DNA of 64,000 nt, from NCBI GenBank assembly GCA_018716085.1, contig DVKK01000044.1:5106-69105 (forward strand), written 5' to 3'. Shown one piece after another: positions 19,230 through 29,226 of the stretch; positions within the stretch are counted from its first letter, which is position 1, and each line of letters begins with the position of its first letter. The position numbers and the translations under genes are program-made. The notes below the pieces were generated by a model. It was not told where the DNA came from, made no database searches, and worked only from the letters and a program-made list of their open reading frames with translations. Origin of the DNA: Candidatus Ornithoclostridium excrementipullorum. Lineage in GTDB: Bacteria > Bacillota > Clostridia > Christensenellales > UBA3700.

Positions 19230-21580
19230 TTCAATTCTACGACCGTTGCGCCGCTGTCCCCTTCGCCGTACGCCGCCGCGCGATAGCCTTTGATATACGA
19301 CAGCGACGACAGATACTTCCTGATCGCGCTCCGCAACGCGCCGCTTCCCTTGCCGTGAACTATCCTCACCTCGCTGCGCCCGCTCATCATCGCGCGGTCG
19401 AGATAACGGTCGGTCTCGGCAAGAGCCTCGTCTACGGTCAGCCCTATCACGTTGAGTTCCCCGGGACAGCCCTCGTAAGCGGGATCGGGAGTAGTATATC
19501 TGCGCTTCGGAGCGCTCGGCGCCTTTGCGTCAAGCCTTTCTATATCTTTACGTCGCACTTCGGTGCGCATTATCCCCGCTGCGACGGTATATTTGTCGCG
19601 CGCCTTGTCCGCCGATACGACAGTGGCTTCGCATTTCAATACCGGCACGTACACCCGATCTCCGACCTGCGGATCTCCGCCTATCCTCTTCGGCTTGGGC
19701 GCGGCGTGTTCTTCTCCGCTTCTCTGCGAAGAATTTTCGAGCTTCTTTTTGAGCCGTCTTGCCTCGAAAAGCGCTTTCTCGTCCCCTTTCTCGACCTGTT
19801 TCTTTATCTGCGCTATGAGTTCGTCCGCCTGTTCGATATAGTCGGAAAGCAATTCGCGCGAATGTTTTGCCGCCCTCGCCTCGAGCTTTTCGCGTATCTC
19901 TTCCGCCTTCTTTTTTTCCGCGCGCGCGGCTTCGAGTTCCTTTTGGCTCTCGGCTTTCAGCGCAGCGCTCTCCTCTCTGAGCCGCTCAGCCTCTCTGCGG
20001 CTGTTCTCCGCGGACGCGACAATGTGGTCGAAACTTCGTTTTTCGTCGCCGAGCATCGCCTCGGCTCTGTCTGCGATGCGGGCGTCCAGTCCGAGCGAAC
20101 GTGCTATCTTTATCGCGTTAGACGATCCCGACACACCGATCATCAACCTGTAAACAGGCTCGAACGTAACGGGGTCGAAGTCCATCGACGCGTTTTCTAT
20201 CCCGTCGTGCGTATAAGAATATTCTTTAAGTTCGCCGTAATGCGTGGTGATTATGCATCGGCATTTTTTCGATCTCAGATATTCTATCGCCGCGATGGCA
20301 AGCGCGCTTCCCTCCGCGGGATCCGTGCCCGCCCCGAGTTCGTCCAGCAGTACGAGAGATTCATTGTCCACGCTTTCCGTGATATTGATAAGATTTTTCA
20401 TATGCGACGAGAACGTGGACAGACTCTGTTCAATGCTCTGTTCGTCCCCGATATCGCAGTATATCCCTTTGTAGACCGACAATTCGCTCTCTTCCGCGCA
20501 CGGTACGAAAAAGCCGCTCGCCGCCATCAGCGAAGTGAGCCCGACGAGTTTGAGCGTAACGGTCTTGCCGCCCGTATTCGGTCCCGTTATCAGAAGGATG
20601 TCGAACTCTCCCCCCAACCGCACGTCGATCGGAACGACTTTTTCGGGATCTATCAGCGCGTGCCTGCCGCGTTTGATGACCGTACGCCCGCCGTCGTTCA
20701 GCACGGGTACGGTCGATCTCGTAGCGCGGGCATATTTCGCGAGAGCGAAAGCTTTGTCCGCTCCGGTCAGTATATCGGCGTTGCCCCGCAAGCCCTCCGC
20801 GCATTGCGACGCCTCGAACGAAAGCGCCGTCAATATCGCCTCGATCTCGTTTTGTTCGTCTGCCCGCAGCGCTTTGAGATCGTTGTTCATCTCAAGAACG
20901 GCGAACGGCTCTATGAACAGAGTCGCTCCCGACGCGGACCTGTCGTGCACCAATCCGTTGACGCGCATACGGTGTTCCGACCGCACGGGGAGCACGTACC
21001 TGCCGCCTCTTACCGTAACGATGGCGTCCTGAAGATATTTTGCGTTCTCGCCCGTGACGTAAGAATTGAGCTTTGCCCTTATCCTCGCATTGACGTCGCG
21101 TATCTCTCTGCGTATCCCGCCGAGCCTCGCGCTCGCGCCGTCCGCTATCTCGTTTTCTCCTATGATCGAGCTCTCTATCTTCTCGCGGAGAGCCCCGTTC
21201 TGATAAAGCGAAGCCGCGGCGGAAGATATCTTCCCGTAACCGTCTTTGGGCAGTCTTTGAGCCGCCGACACAAAGCCCGCCGAACAACGGAGCAACGCCG
21301 CTATTTTGAGAAGCTCGGCAGGCGACAGTACCGCCTGCTTCTCCAAAGCTTTCAAAATGTCCGTCACGTCGTCGAAAGCGAGCGAAGGCGCGACGAGCAC
21401 GTTGTACAGCGCGGAATACGCCTCCTTCGTATATTCGAGCGCGTCGAGCGCCGACGACAGATCGGTATGCGGTACGACCGCTCTCACCGCAGCGGCTCCC
21501 GAAGGGCTTTCCGCATACGTCGCCGCCCTGTCCTTTATCTTGTCGAATTCGAGCGCTTTCAATGTCTTTTCGCTTATCAT
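19226..21580 (-). CDS. mutS2: MutS2 endonuclease / ribosome-collision factor
   Basis: GPNTGGKT, IEQSLSTFS, DELGAGTDP, coiled coil, KOW, Smr (HGKGSG). Confidence 0.95.
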   Translation of the reverse strand: MISEKTLKALEFDKIKDRAATYAESPSGAAAVRAVVPHTDLSSALDALEYTKEAYSALYNVLVAPSLAFDDVTDILKALEKQAVLSPAELLKIAALLRCSAGFVSAAQRLPKDGYGKISSAAASLYQNGALREKIESSIIGENEIADGASARLGGIRREIRDVNARIRAKLNSYVTGENAKYLQDAIVTVRGGRYVLPVRSEHRMRVNGLVHDRSASGATLFIEPFAVLEMNNDLKALRADEQNEIEAILTALSFEASQCAEGLRGNADILTGADKAFALAKYARATRSTVPVLNDGGRTVIKRGRHALIDPEKVVPIDVRLGGEFDILLITGPNTGGKTVTLKLVGLTSLMAASGFFVPCAEESELSVYKGIYCDIGDEQSIEQSLSTFSSHMKNLINITESVDNESLVLLDELGAGTDPAEGSALAIAAIEYLRSKKCRCIITTHYGELKEYSYTHDGIENASMDFDPVTFEPVYRLMIGVSGSSNAIKIARSLGLDARIADRAEAMLGDEKRSFDHIVASAENSRREAERLREESAALKAESQKELEAARAEKKKAEEIREKLEARAAKHSRELLSDYIEQADELIAQIKKQVEKGDEKALFEARRLKKKLENSSQRSGEEHAAPKPKRIGGDPQVGDRVYVPVLKCEATVVSADKARDKYTVAAGIMRTEVRRKDIERLDAKAPSAPKRRYTTPDPAYEGCPGELNVIGLTVDEALAETDRYLDRAMMSGRSEVRIVHGKGSGALRSAIRKYLSSLSYIKGYRAAAYGEGDSGATVVELK

Positions 21581-23808
21581 TTCACACCTCTGCCGAGCAA
21601 TCCCGATGTAGTTCTACCCCCGCAAGACGCCGTCGACGCGGCAATATCCGACAATTTTGCATCTATCCCCGACAGCGACACGAACGGACGAAGTCCTCTG
21701 CCCGAATATTTTGCCAAGGCGTTCACCGTCTGCGGATTGTACAGATCGAACGTACAATGCCGCAATTTCGTGCGCGATATGCGGTACTCCTCACGCTTAT
21801 CGCGATAAACGAAATCGCCGTCGTACGCGCAGTCTGCGCAGGTACAGCCCGTATTCAGCTGTACGGGACAATGCGTAAGTGTCATCACGGGAAGAGCCCC
21901 GTACGCGAAACAAAGCGCGTCGAATCCGAGGCCGCGGTATTCCGCATAAGACAGTTCCGCCGAAGCGATAGCCGCGTTTGCGCCGGAAGCGCGAAAAGCC
22001 GCGTCCGAGCATATATTCGTTTTTATGCCCGCGACCGCATACATTCCGTATTCCCGCGCAAGTTCGAAAGCATACCAGTTATCGCAAACAAGTCCGCACA
22101 CGCTGTCCTTCACGGCGTCGAGAAAACCGCGCAGCAGACCGATATCTCCGCCGCGGGCGATAAGCGGCATATGAATATAGACTTTGCTTCCGCTTTGCGA
22201 GCAGTATCCGTTCACCGCTTCCGCCTGTTCTTTACCGAACTCTCTCGGCGCATAGACGAGCGCTTCCGCGTGCACGTCCGCTTTTGCGAGATCGTCCACC
22301 TCGTACATCGCCGACAGCGAAAGCGGTTTTGCCGAATACGGCAGCGTCGCGCGCGCTTTTCTTTGTCGTTCGGCGTATTCTGTAAGCAGTTCCGATCTCA
22401 AACCCTCGACCGCGCTCCTGCGGGCGGCGTTCAAAGCGGACGCGGGAACGAAACACCTTCCGTCGCAATCCGCCGATATGTCTTTTGCGCAAAATCCGCT
22501 GCCTCCCAATCTGTTCGCGGCTCTCGCAAGCCCGTCCGAGTCGGCGGCTTTGCCCTCCGCCCCTTCCAACATCGGACCGTAAGCCGTAAACGAGCGGCCG
22601 TCCGTCTGCGCGGTCACCGACAGCTTTTCGCCTGTACGGGCGCGTACGGACAGCGCGATCGGCAACGGCTGAGGCTCGGTCACGGCGTTGGCTGCCGTCG
22701 CGGCGTCGAAAGTCTTTGCGACCGAATCCCCCTTTGCCGCGTCGATCCCGTCGGGCATAGGCAGCAGAGCGTTTCTTGCGTTTATGTCCGATCGGGCTTC
22801 GAATCCCCCCTTTTCCTCCCCAGAAGCGGAAATAAGTTTGAGTCCGTCGCCTTTTCGGATATCTTCTTTGAGAGCGACGACCGCGCCGCGCCTGTCGACA
22901 GAAATCACGGTCCCTACGGTCACGCCGATATTGTTCTGGACCTTCGGATACATGATCCCCCGCGTGTCGTCGAAATTGTATCCTCGGGTAAATCCTCCTC
23001 TGTTGAAAGCGCGTTTCAGCGCGTCGATATCATCTCTGTCGGGTGTTTTGCCGTCGAGAGCGGCGCGGTATCTTCGCACGGTTTCGTAGACGTAATGAGG
23101 CTGTTTGAGTCTTCCCTCTATTTTCAGGCTGTCCACACGCGCAGCGGCGAGAGAGTCGAGTTCCGTTATAAGACATTGGTCTTTCGGCGAAAGCAGATAT
23201 CCCTCTTTTCCGAACGAAGACGAATATTTCAGACGGCAAGGCTGCATACATCTCCCTCGGTTGCCGCTGTCGCCGGTACGCACGGCGGAAGCCAGACAGG
23301 CGCCGCTGAAAGCCACGCACAGCGCGCCGTGTACGAAAAATTCCACTTCGAGCGAAGTGCGCTCCTTTATCTTCATGACGTCGGACAACAGCGTTTCGCG
23401 CGCGACGACCACCCGCGTGAAACCGTATCTTTCGAGATATTCGGCTCCTTCCGCATTGTGCACGCCCATCTGCGTGCTCGCGTGCAGAGGCACGCCCAGA
23501 TCCGCAAGTATCCCGACCGCGCCGATATCGGCGACGATGAACGCGTCGGTACCGGCTTCCGCACACGCCTCAGCGAGAGCGCGCAGTTTTTCCGTTTCGG
23601 AATTTTTTATTTCCGTATTCAGCGTTACGTAAGTCTTAACTCCGTGCAAATGGCAGTATTCGACGTAGGCTTTGACATTGTTTTCGTCAAACCCCTGAGC
23701 CTTCGCCCTTGCGTTGAGAGCGTTCAATCCGAAATAAACCGCGTCCGCGCCTGCGGCGACCGCCGCATAGAGCGCCTCGGGACTGCCGACCGGCGCCAAC
23801 AATTCCAT
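21577..23808 (-). CDS. U32 family peptidase-like RNA hydroxylase (RlhA-like, long form)
   Basis: ELLAPVG, HASTQ, HGALCVAFSGACL, NRGRCMQPCR, LKIEGR. Confidence 0.9.
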   Translation of the reverse strand: MELLAPVGSPEALYAAVAAGADAVYFGLNALNARAKAQGFDENNVKAYVEYCHLHGVKTYVTLNTEIKNSETEKLRALAEACAEAGTDAFIVADIGAVGILADLGVPLHASTQMGVHNAEGAEYLERYGFTRVVVARETLLSDVMKIKERTSLEVEFFVHGALCVAFSGACLASAVRTGDSGNRGRCMQPCRLKYSSSFGKEGYLLSPKDQCLITELDSLAAARVDSLKIEGRLKQPHYVYETVRRYRAALDGKTPDRDDIDALKRAFNRGGFTRGYNFDDTRGIMYPKVQNNIGVTVGTVISVDRRGAVVALKEDIRKGDGLKLISASGEEKGGFEARSDINARNALLPMPDGIDAAKGDSVAKTFDAATAANAVTEPQPLPIALSVRARTGEKLSVTAQTDGRSFTAYGPMLEGAEGKAADSDGLARAANRLGGSGFCAKDISADCDGRCFVPASALNAARRSAVEGLRSELLTEYAERQRKARATLPYSAKPLSLSAMYEVDDLAKADVHAEALVYAPREFGKEQAEAVNGYCSQSGSKVYIHMPLIARGGDIGLLRGFLDAVKDSVCGLVCDNWYAFELAREYGMYAVAGIKTNICSDAAFRASGANAAIASAELSYAEYRGLGFDALCFAYGALPVMTLTHCPVQLNTGCTCADCAYDGDFVYRDKREEYRISRTKLRHCTFDLYNPQTVNALAKYSGRGLRPFVSLSGIDAKLSDIAASTASCGGRTTSGLLGRGVK

Positions 23809-23814
23809 ATTTTG

Positions 23815-23843
23815 ATTATAACCTCTTTCCGCCGATACCGCAA
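23815..23843 (-). promoter_or_regulatory. Sigma-A promoter of the U32 operon (leaderless geometry)
   Basis: TTGCGG-17 nt-TATAAT-6 nt-ATG. Confidence 0.65.
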
Positions 23844-23862
23844 CCTTATTTGCGCGCGTATC

Positions 23863-23889
23863 AAAAGACGCGCCCGATAAAGGCGCGTC
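23863..23889 (-). terminator. pheST terminator
   Basis: GACGCGCC/GGCGCGTC stem plus U4. Confidence 0.6.
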
Positions 23890-23910
23890 GATACGGCGTC
23901 TTTGCCTTTG

Positions 23911-26307
23911 TCAGCGCAGCACCGCGCCGAGATCTTTCTGCAGTTTCGCGAGGACCGCTTCCGTCGCGGACTGAGCCTCCGCGTCGGTCAGAGTGCGGTC
24001 GGGCATTCTGAATTCCAGTTTGACGGCGACGCTCTTCTTTCCCTTTCCGAGAGCCTCGGAACGATAGATATCGAATATCCTGCTCGAACGCAGAGCCTTA
24101 CCGCCCGCCTTCGCCGCGCAGTCGAGTATGCGCGCGGCTTCAACGCTCTCGTCCACGACGACCGCGATATCTCTCTCTATCGGCGGATATTTGCCCGTTT
24201 CGACGTACTTGTAGCCGCGGCTGCGGTATCTTATCAGCGACGCAACATCTATCTCGGCGACGTACATTCTCTGTTTGACGTCCATTGCCGCCGCAACGTC
24301 GGGATGCACTTCGCCGAGGCTGCCGAAAGAGAACTTGCCGACATACATATCCGCGCCTCTTCCTTTATGGAGATAGGGAGCGTTCGATCTCCTGAACACC
24401 GGCGATATCCCGAACTTATAACAGATCTTGTCCACGACCGATTTGAGAGAATAGTAATCGTATCCCTCTCCGTAAGCGGCGATCACGAGTTTCTGTCTTT
24501 CCTCGGGCAATTCCGTCAAGGGCAGCGCCTTGGGGATATATACTGCGGCTACCTCGAACAGTTTGGCTTCTCTCACGTTTTTCAGCGCGTTGGAAGCGAG
24601 CGCGGAGAGCGCCGAATATACCAACGTGGTTCGCATTACGGAAGTGTCCTCTCCGAGAGGATTGAGCAGCCTGACGCAGTTTCTTTCGGGAGCGTCGGGA
24701 GCGAAGCCGAGGATATCGAAGCCTTTTTCGCCGGTAAACGAATAGGTCAGCGTTTCCGAATATCCCGCGCCTACGCAGATATCTTTAAGCACGTCCTCGA
24801 CCTTCTGCTCTTCGGACTTGCCGCCGAGCGTCTGTTCTTTGCCTCCGATCAGCTTGTCCTCGATATGGTCGTAACCGTACATACGTATCAGCTCCTCCGC
24901 GATATCGTTTGCGTTTTCGATGTCGTCGCGGAAAAGCGGCGGATCCACGGTCAGAACTCCGTCTTTTATCTCGGGACTCATTCCCAGTCCGCCGAGTATG
25001 GACAGCATATCTTCCTCGGGAACGGTGATCCCGAGGATATCTGCTATCCTGACCACCGGCACCGACACCTTCTTCCTCGGCTGAGGATCCGCGAAAACGT
25101 CCGCAACGCCGCGGGCGATCTTGCCGTAGCCGAATTTATATATCAGCGTGAGCGCTCTCATCAGACCGAGCCTCTGGCTGTCGGTATCTATTCCTCTCTC
25201 GTAGCGGAAAGACGAATCCGAGCGCAGATTGAGCTTGCGCGAAGTACGGCGGATGTTGTCGCGCATGAACTTAGCGCTCTCGAATACGATATCCTTGGTA
25301 TCGCCGTCTATACAGCTATTTGCGCCGCCCATAACGCCTCCGATTGCGCAGGGTTTCGCGACGTCGCATATGGCGACCATGCTGTCGTCCAGAGCATATT
25401 CCTTATTATCGAGCGCCACTATCTTTTCGCCGTTCCGCGCTCTGCGTACGACTATCCTGCCCCCTTCGAGTTTTGACGCGTCGAACGCGTGCATCGGCTG
25501 CCCTATCTCGATAAGCACGTAGTTAGTGATATCGACGATGCTGTTGATCGGGCGCAGACCGACGCTTTTCAGTCTTTTGGCTATCGTTTCGTCGGAAGGC
25601 ACGATTTTGACGTCGGACACGGCTGCCGCCATATATCTGGGACACAGATCCGGCGCGTCCACCTGTACGGAGATCTTGTCTTCCACATTGTCGGCGACGC
25701 ACTCAAACCCTATCTCGGGCTGTCGGAGCGGCTTTTTAAGTACGGCGGCGACCTCTCTGGCGATACCCAGCACGCTGTTGCAGTCGCTGCGGTTCGCGGT
25801 CACGCCGACGTCGAGTATCACGTCGTCGTTGCCCAACACTTCGTTGATATCCGTACCGAGCGGAGCGGTCTCTTTGTTCATCACGAGAATGCCGTAGACT
25901 TCCGCTCCCTCGTAATCGCTCTCGGTCAGCCCCAGTTCCTTGCCCGAACAAAGCATACCGCAGGACTCCACTCCGCGCAGTTTTCCGGTCTTGATATGCA
26001 CGCCGCCGGGCAGATAGGAATCGTCCAATGCCGCGGGCACGAGATCCCCTTCTTTCAGGTTCTGCGCGCCGGTAACTATCTGCACGGGCTCATCTCTGCC
26101 GATATCGACGGAGCATATCCACAGCTTGTCCGCGTCGGGATGATGCGTCATTTTCGCTATTTTGCCGAGCACGACGTTGCGTATCTCGGCGCTTTTGTCT
26201 ATGATCTCCTCGACTTCGAATCCCGCGCCGACCAACTTATCCGCAAGTTCCTGCACGGGAACGTCTATATCCACGAAATCTCCGAGCCAACTCATCGAAA
26301 CTTTCAT
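23911..26307 (-). CDS. pheT: Phenylalanyl-tRNA synthetase beta subunit
   Basis: HPDADKL, TANRSDC, YERG, anticodon-binding FDX domain. Confidence 0.97.
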   Translation of the reverse strand: MKVSMSWLGDFVDIDVPVQELADKLVGAGFEVEEIIDKSAEIRNVVLGKIAKMTHHPDADKLWICSVDIGRDEPVQIVTGAQNLKEGDLVPAALDDSYLPGGVHIKTGKLRGVESCGMLCSGKELGLTESDYEGAEVYGILVMNKETAPLGTDINEVLGNDDVILDVGVTANRSDCNSVLGIAREVAAVLKKPLRQPEIGFECVADNVEDKISVQVDAPDLCPRYMAAAVSDVKIVPSDETIAKRLKSVGLRPINSIVDITNYVLIEIGQPMHAFDASKLEGGRIVVRRARNGEKIVALDNKEYALDDSMVAICDVAKPCAIGGVMGGANSCIDGDTKDIVFESAKFMRDNIRRTSRKLNLRSDSSFRYERGIDTDSQRLGLMRALTLIYKFGYGKIARGVADVFADPQPRKKVSVPVVRIADILGITVPEEDMLSILGGLGMSPEIKDGVLTVDPPLFRDDIENANDIAEELIRMYGYDHIEDKLIGGKEQTLGGKSEEQKVEDVLKDICVGAGYSETLTYSFTGEKGFDILGFAPDAPERNCVRLLNPLGEDTSVMRTTLVYSALSALASNALKNVREAKLFEVAAVYIPKALPLTELPEERQKLVIAAYGEGYDYYSLKSVVDKICYKFGISPVFRRSNAPYLHKGRGADMYVGKFSFGSLGEVHPDVAAAMDVKQRMYVAEIDVASLIRYRSRGYKYVETGKYPPIERDIAVVVDESVEAARILDCAAKAGGKALRSSRIFDIYRSEALGKGKKSVAVKLEFRMPDRTLTDAEAQSATEAVLAKLQKDLGAVLR

Positions 26308-26315
26308 ATCTCACC

Positions 26316-27335
26316 TCACCTGAAGCTTTTCAGAAAACGCGCGTCGTTTTCGAAAAGTATGCGCATATCGGGTATGCCGTATTTGATCATAGTTATCCTC
26401 TCTATACCCATGCCGAAAGCATATCCGGAATATTCGGACGGATCTATTCCGCAGTTCTCCAGAACTTTGGGGTTGACGACGCCCGCTCCGAGCACTTCTA
26501 TCCATCCCGTGCCGTGGCACAGTCTGCAGCCCTTGCCGTGACATTGGGAACAGGTAACGTCCACTTCCACGCTCGGTTCGGTAAACGGGAAATACGACGG
26601 ACGGAAACGCGTTTTCGTATTCTTGTCGAACAGCTCTCTCGCAAACAACGTCAGCGTACCTTTGAGATCGCACAAAGTGATGTGTTTGTCCACGACCAGT
26701 CCCTCTATCTGCTGAAACATAGGGCTGTGCGTGGCGTCGTCGTCGGGACGATAGACTTTACCGGGCACGACGATCGCGATGGGCGGCTTCTCGTTCATCA
26801 TGGTGCGCGCCTGTACCGGCGAAGTATGCGTGCGCAGCAGTATGTCGTTCCCTATATAGAAAGTATCCTGCATATCTCTCGCGGGATGGTCTTTGGGTAT
26901 GTTGAGCGCCTGAAAGTTGAAAAAGTCAAGTTCTATCTCGGGACCTCTCGCGACTTTGAAACCGAGCGAAGTGAATATGTCCACGATCTCGTTTTTGACG
27001 AGCGTGCACGGATGCAGACTTCCCAAAGAACCTTCGTGCGCCGAATACGTGACGTCTACGCTCTCGGCGAGCATCCTCGCCTCGGTCTGCGCCGCCTCGA
27101 GTTCCTTCTGCTTTTCGCCCGTCAGCGCGGTTATGACGTCGCGGGCCTCGTTGACGTATCTTCCGATCTCCGGTTTTTTGTCGGCGGGGACGTCCTTCAT
27201 GCCGCGAAGCAACGCCGTCAGTTCGCCGCTCTTGCCCAGATACCTGACTTTGACCGCCGCGATGTCGGCGACGGTCGCGCAAGCGCTCACGTCCGCTTTA
27301 GCCGCGGAGATCAGACTGTCGATCTTTTCTTTCAT
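26316..27335 (-). CDS. pheS: Phenylalanyl-tRNA synthetase alpha subunit
   Basis: HPARDMQDTF, LLRTHTSPVQ, YFPFTEPS; GGAGG RBS. Confidence 0.97.
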   Translation of the reverse strand: MKEKIDSLISAAKADVSACATVADIAAVKVRYLGKSGELTALLRGMKDVPADKKPEIGRYVNEARDVITALTGEKQKELEAAQTEARMLAESVDVTYSAHEGSLGSLHPCTLVKNEIVDIFTSLGFKVARGPEIELDFFNFQALNIPKDHPARDMQDTFYIGNDILLRTHTSPVQARTMMNEKPPIAIVVPGKVYRPDDDATHSPMFQQIEGLVVDKHITLCDLKGTLTLFARELFDKNTKTRFRPSYFPFTEPSVEVDVTCSQCHGKGCRLCHGTGWIEVLGAGVVNPKVLENCGIDPSEYSGYAFGMGIERITMIKYGIPDMRILFENDARFLKSFR

Positions 27336-27345
27336 ATTACCTCCG

Positions 27346-27590
27346 AAAAAACAAACGCCCCATACTTTCGTATAGGGCGTTGTCACGCTGTACCACCTAA
27401 CTTCGTCCGCAGGGAAAACCTTACGGACCTCTTAAGACTGTAACGGGTCTGACCGCAGCGGCTTACAACAGGTTGGGCCGCCGAGCTCGGGAGCGAATTC
27501 CCCGTTACGCTGTCGAACCGCCCTTTCAGCCTACGGGGCGGGATCTCTGTCGGCGCGTGTCCACGGGCACGTTCTCCGTCATGGCTTTTA
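27346..27590 (-). ncRNA. T-box riboswitch (Phe) upstream of pheS
   Basis: Stem I AGAGA and GCTGAAA motifs, specifier UUC (27495-27497), T-box AAGTTAGGTGGTACAGCG (27386-27403), terminator hairpin ending in U-tract before RBS. Confidence 0.92.
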
Positions 27591-27594
27591 CCCT

Positions 27595-27623
27595 ATTTTA
27601 CAGCATTTTATCGGTTATGGCAA
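27595..27623 (-). promoter_or_regulatory. Sigma-A promoter of T-box/pheST
   Basis: TTGCCA-17 nt-TAAAAT. Confidence 0.65.
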
Positions 27624-28277
27624 CTCTTTTATCGTGGAAAAATCTATGCTGCCCGCGTTCTGTACGATAAACTGCGGCACGTCGCCCACTATGACGTTTT
27701 CGGCAAGCATGAGCGACGACGAACACTCCACGTTGTTGCTCTCCAAAGGAAGTATGACCTGCGCGTACGCGGTGATGTCGATATACAGCGCGTGCCTCAC
27801 CTGATTTATTCCTACGCTCTCGAACTCCGTCCGAAAGAAACATTCCGCCAATCCCACCGTCATTATCTCGAGATTGACGTCAAAGCCTTTTTCGCCAAGC
27901 AGAACTATGCCCGAGAACGCGCCCAAAGGTACGTTGACGCCGTCGAAAAGCAGCGAAGTCATCTCCGTCTGTATGATCGTACTGATGTTGCTCATCACCA
28001 TATTTACGTAAAGCATGTTTACGGTCAGCATTTCGATGTTGCCTTCCCCGTCCTTTACGATGGTGACGAAGTTTTCGTAATTCGCCGCGTCCATATCCAC
28101 AGTAGCTTCTTCGTACGCAGTATTGAGGGCCTCCACCGTCTTGCTCCATACGGTGTTATAGGCGGTTTCGGTGACGAGCGGCACGATATTTCCTCTGAAA
28201 TAAAACAACGCGCCTATTATCACGACAAGCACGATTATCACCGCAACGCAGATCTTCGCCTTTTTCCTTGCCCTCAT
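27615..28277 (-). CDS. yunB: Sporulation protein YunB
   Basis: N-terminal TM, VPLG, FESVGINQVRH, LAENVIVGDVP. Confidence 0.9.
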   Translation of the reverse strand: MRARKKAKICVAVIIVLVVIIGALFYFRGNIVPLVTETAYNTVWSKTVEALNTAYEEATVDMDAANYENFVTIVKDGEGNIEMLTVNMLYVNMVMSNISTIIQTEMTSLLFDGVNVPLGAFSGIVLLGEKGFDVNLEIMTVGLAECFFRTEFESVGINQVRHALYIDITAYAQVILPLESNNVECSSSLMLAENVIVGDVPQFIVQNAGSIDFSTIKELP

Positions 28278-28283
28278 ATCTAA

Positions 28284-28311
28284 TATGATATGCGGAAAAA
28301 GCCTCTGATGT
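28284..28311 (-). promoter_or_regulatory. Mother-cell sigma (SigK/SigE-type) promoter of yunB
   Basis: AC-17 nt-CATATCATA, 6 nt before ATG, no SD. Confidence 0.5.
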
Positions 28312-28849
28312 TCCCGAATGCTCTCCGACTATCGGCAGGCAGGCGTCCGAACAATAACGAAATGCGCGGTCAAACTCGGTATCAAACCGAGTCCGGTTAT
28401 TAGTGCTATGAAATTTTCCGCGCCGTGTTTTGCCTCCGCGCCCGAGCCTTACGGATGAACTGCGCCGCGTTGCCGACGGCCTACGTATTACCGGATGCGC
28501 GTATAGAATTTGAATGCGGACGCCGTTCTGAGCTCTTATTCTTTTGATCTCGGATGCTGCGATCAATAAACCGTCGCTCCGTGAACGTTCCACTTAAAGT
28601 CGACCGACAATACAAAACGATCATCCGAAAACGCTCTCTTCGCTTGGCAATTTTAAATTAACATACGGAATAATTTATTCTCGATTATCGCAATTTTCAG
28701 AATTATTCAGAAAAATATATTCTAAATCGGAAGAAAATCAAGCTTGGTCGCCAAAAGCAGAAAGCTTCTTTCAAATATGTTTTGCCGACCGCATTTGCCT
28801 ATCCTGATCCCGGTCCGAAAAGCCTTCCCCGCCTTTCGACGGGGATCGG

Positions 28850-29224
28850 CTAAGCGCTCTTCGATTTGGATTTGAACAACACCGCGAATACGAATCCGAA
28901 AACTATCGCCGCAGTCAGCCCTCCCGCCACCGCGCGAAGTCCGTAAGTGCACGCCTCGAACAGTCCTATCTCGGCGCCCTCTATCGCGCCTGCGGCAAGC
29001 GACTTTCCGAAACCGATTATCGGGATCGTTATTCCCGCCAAAGCGAATTTTTCGATAGGGTCGAACAACCCGACCGCTTCGAGCACCACGCCCGTCAAAA
29101 GGAACGTGACCAGAATACGCGCGGACGTCATCTTCGTCTTGTTTATCAGTATCTGACCGATAAGACAGACGATCCCGCCGCAGAGAAAAACTCTGCCGTA
29201 TCTTGACAATATCTCCAAAACCAT
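28850..29224 (-). CDS. spoVAE: Stage V sporulation protein AE
   Basis: FLCGGIVCLIGQ, ARILV, GFG, GGLTAAIVFG; follows spoVAD. Confidence 0.92.
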   Translation of the reverse strand: MVLEILSRYGRVFLCGGIVCLIGQILINKTKMTSARILVTFLLTGVVLEAVGLFDPIEKFALAGITIPIIGFGKSLAAGAIEGAEIGLFEACTYGLRAVAGGLTAAIVFGFVFAVLFKSKSKSA

Positions 29225-29226
29225 AC

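Noticed and set aside
19073-23880. Very long antisense ORFs (911 and 772 aa; likewise 60190-62985, 35686-37917)
   Set aside because: Antisense shadows of well-supported genes caused by codon bias
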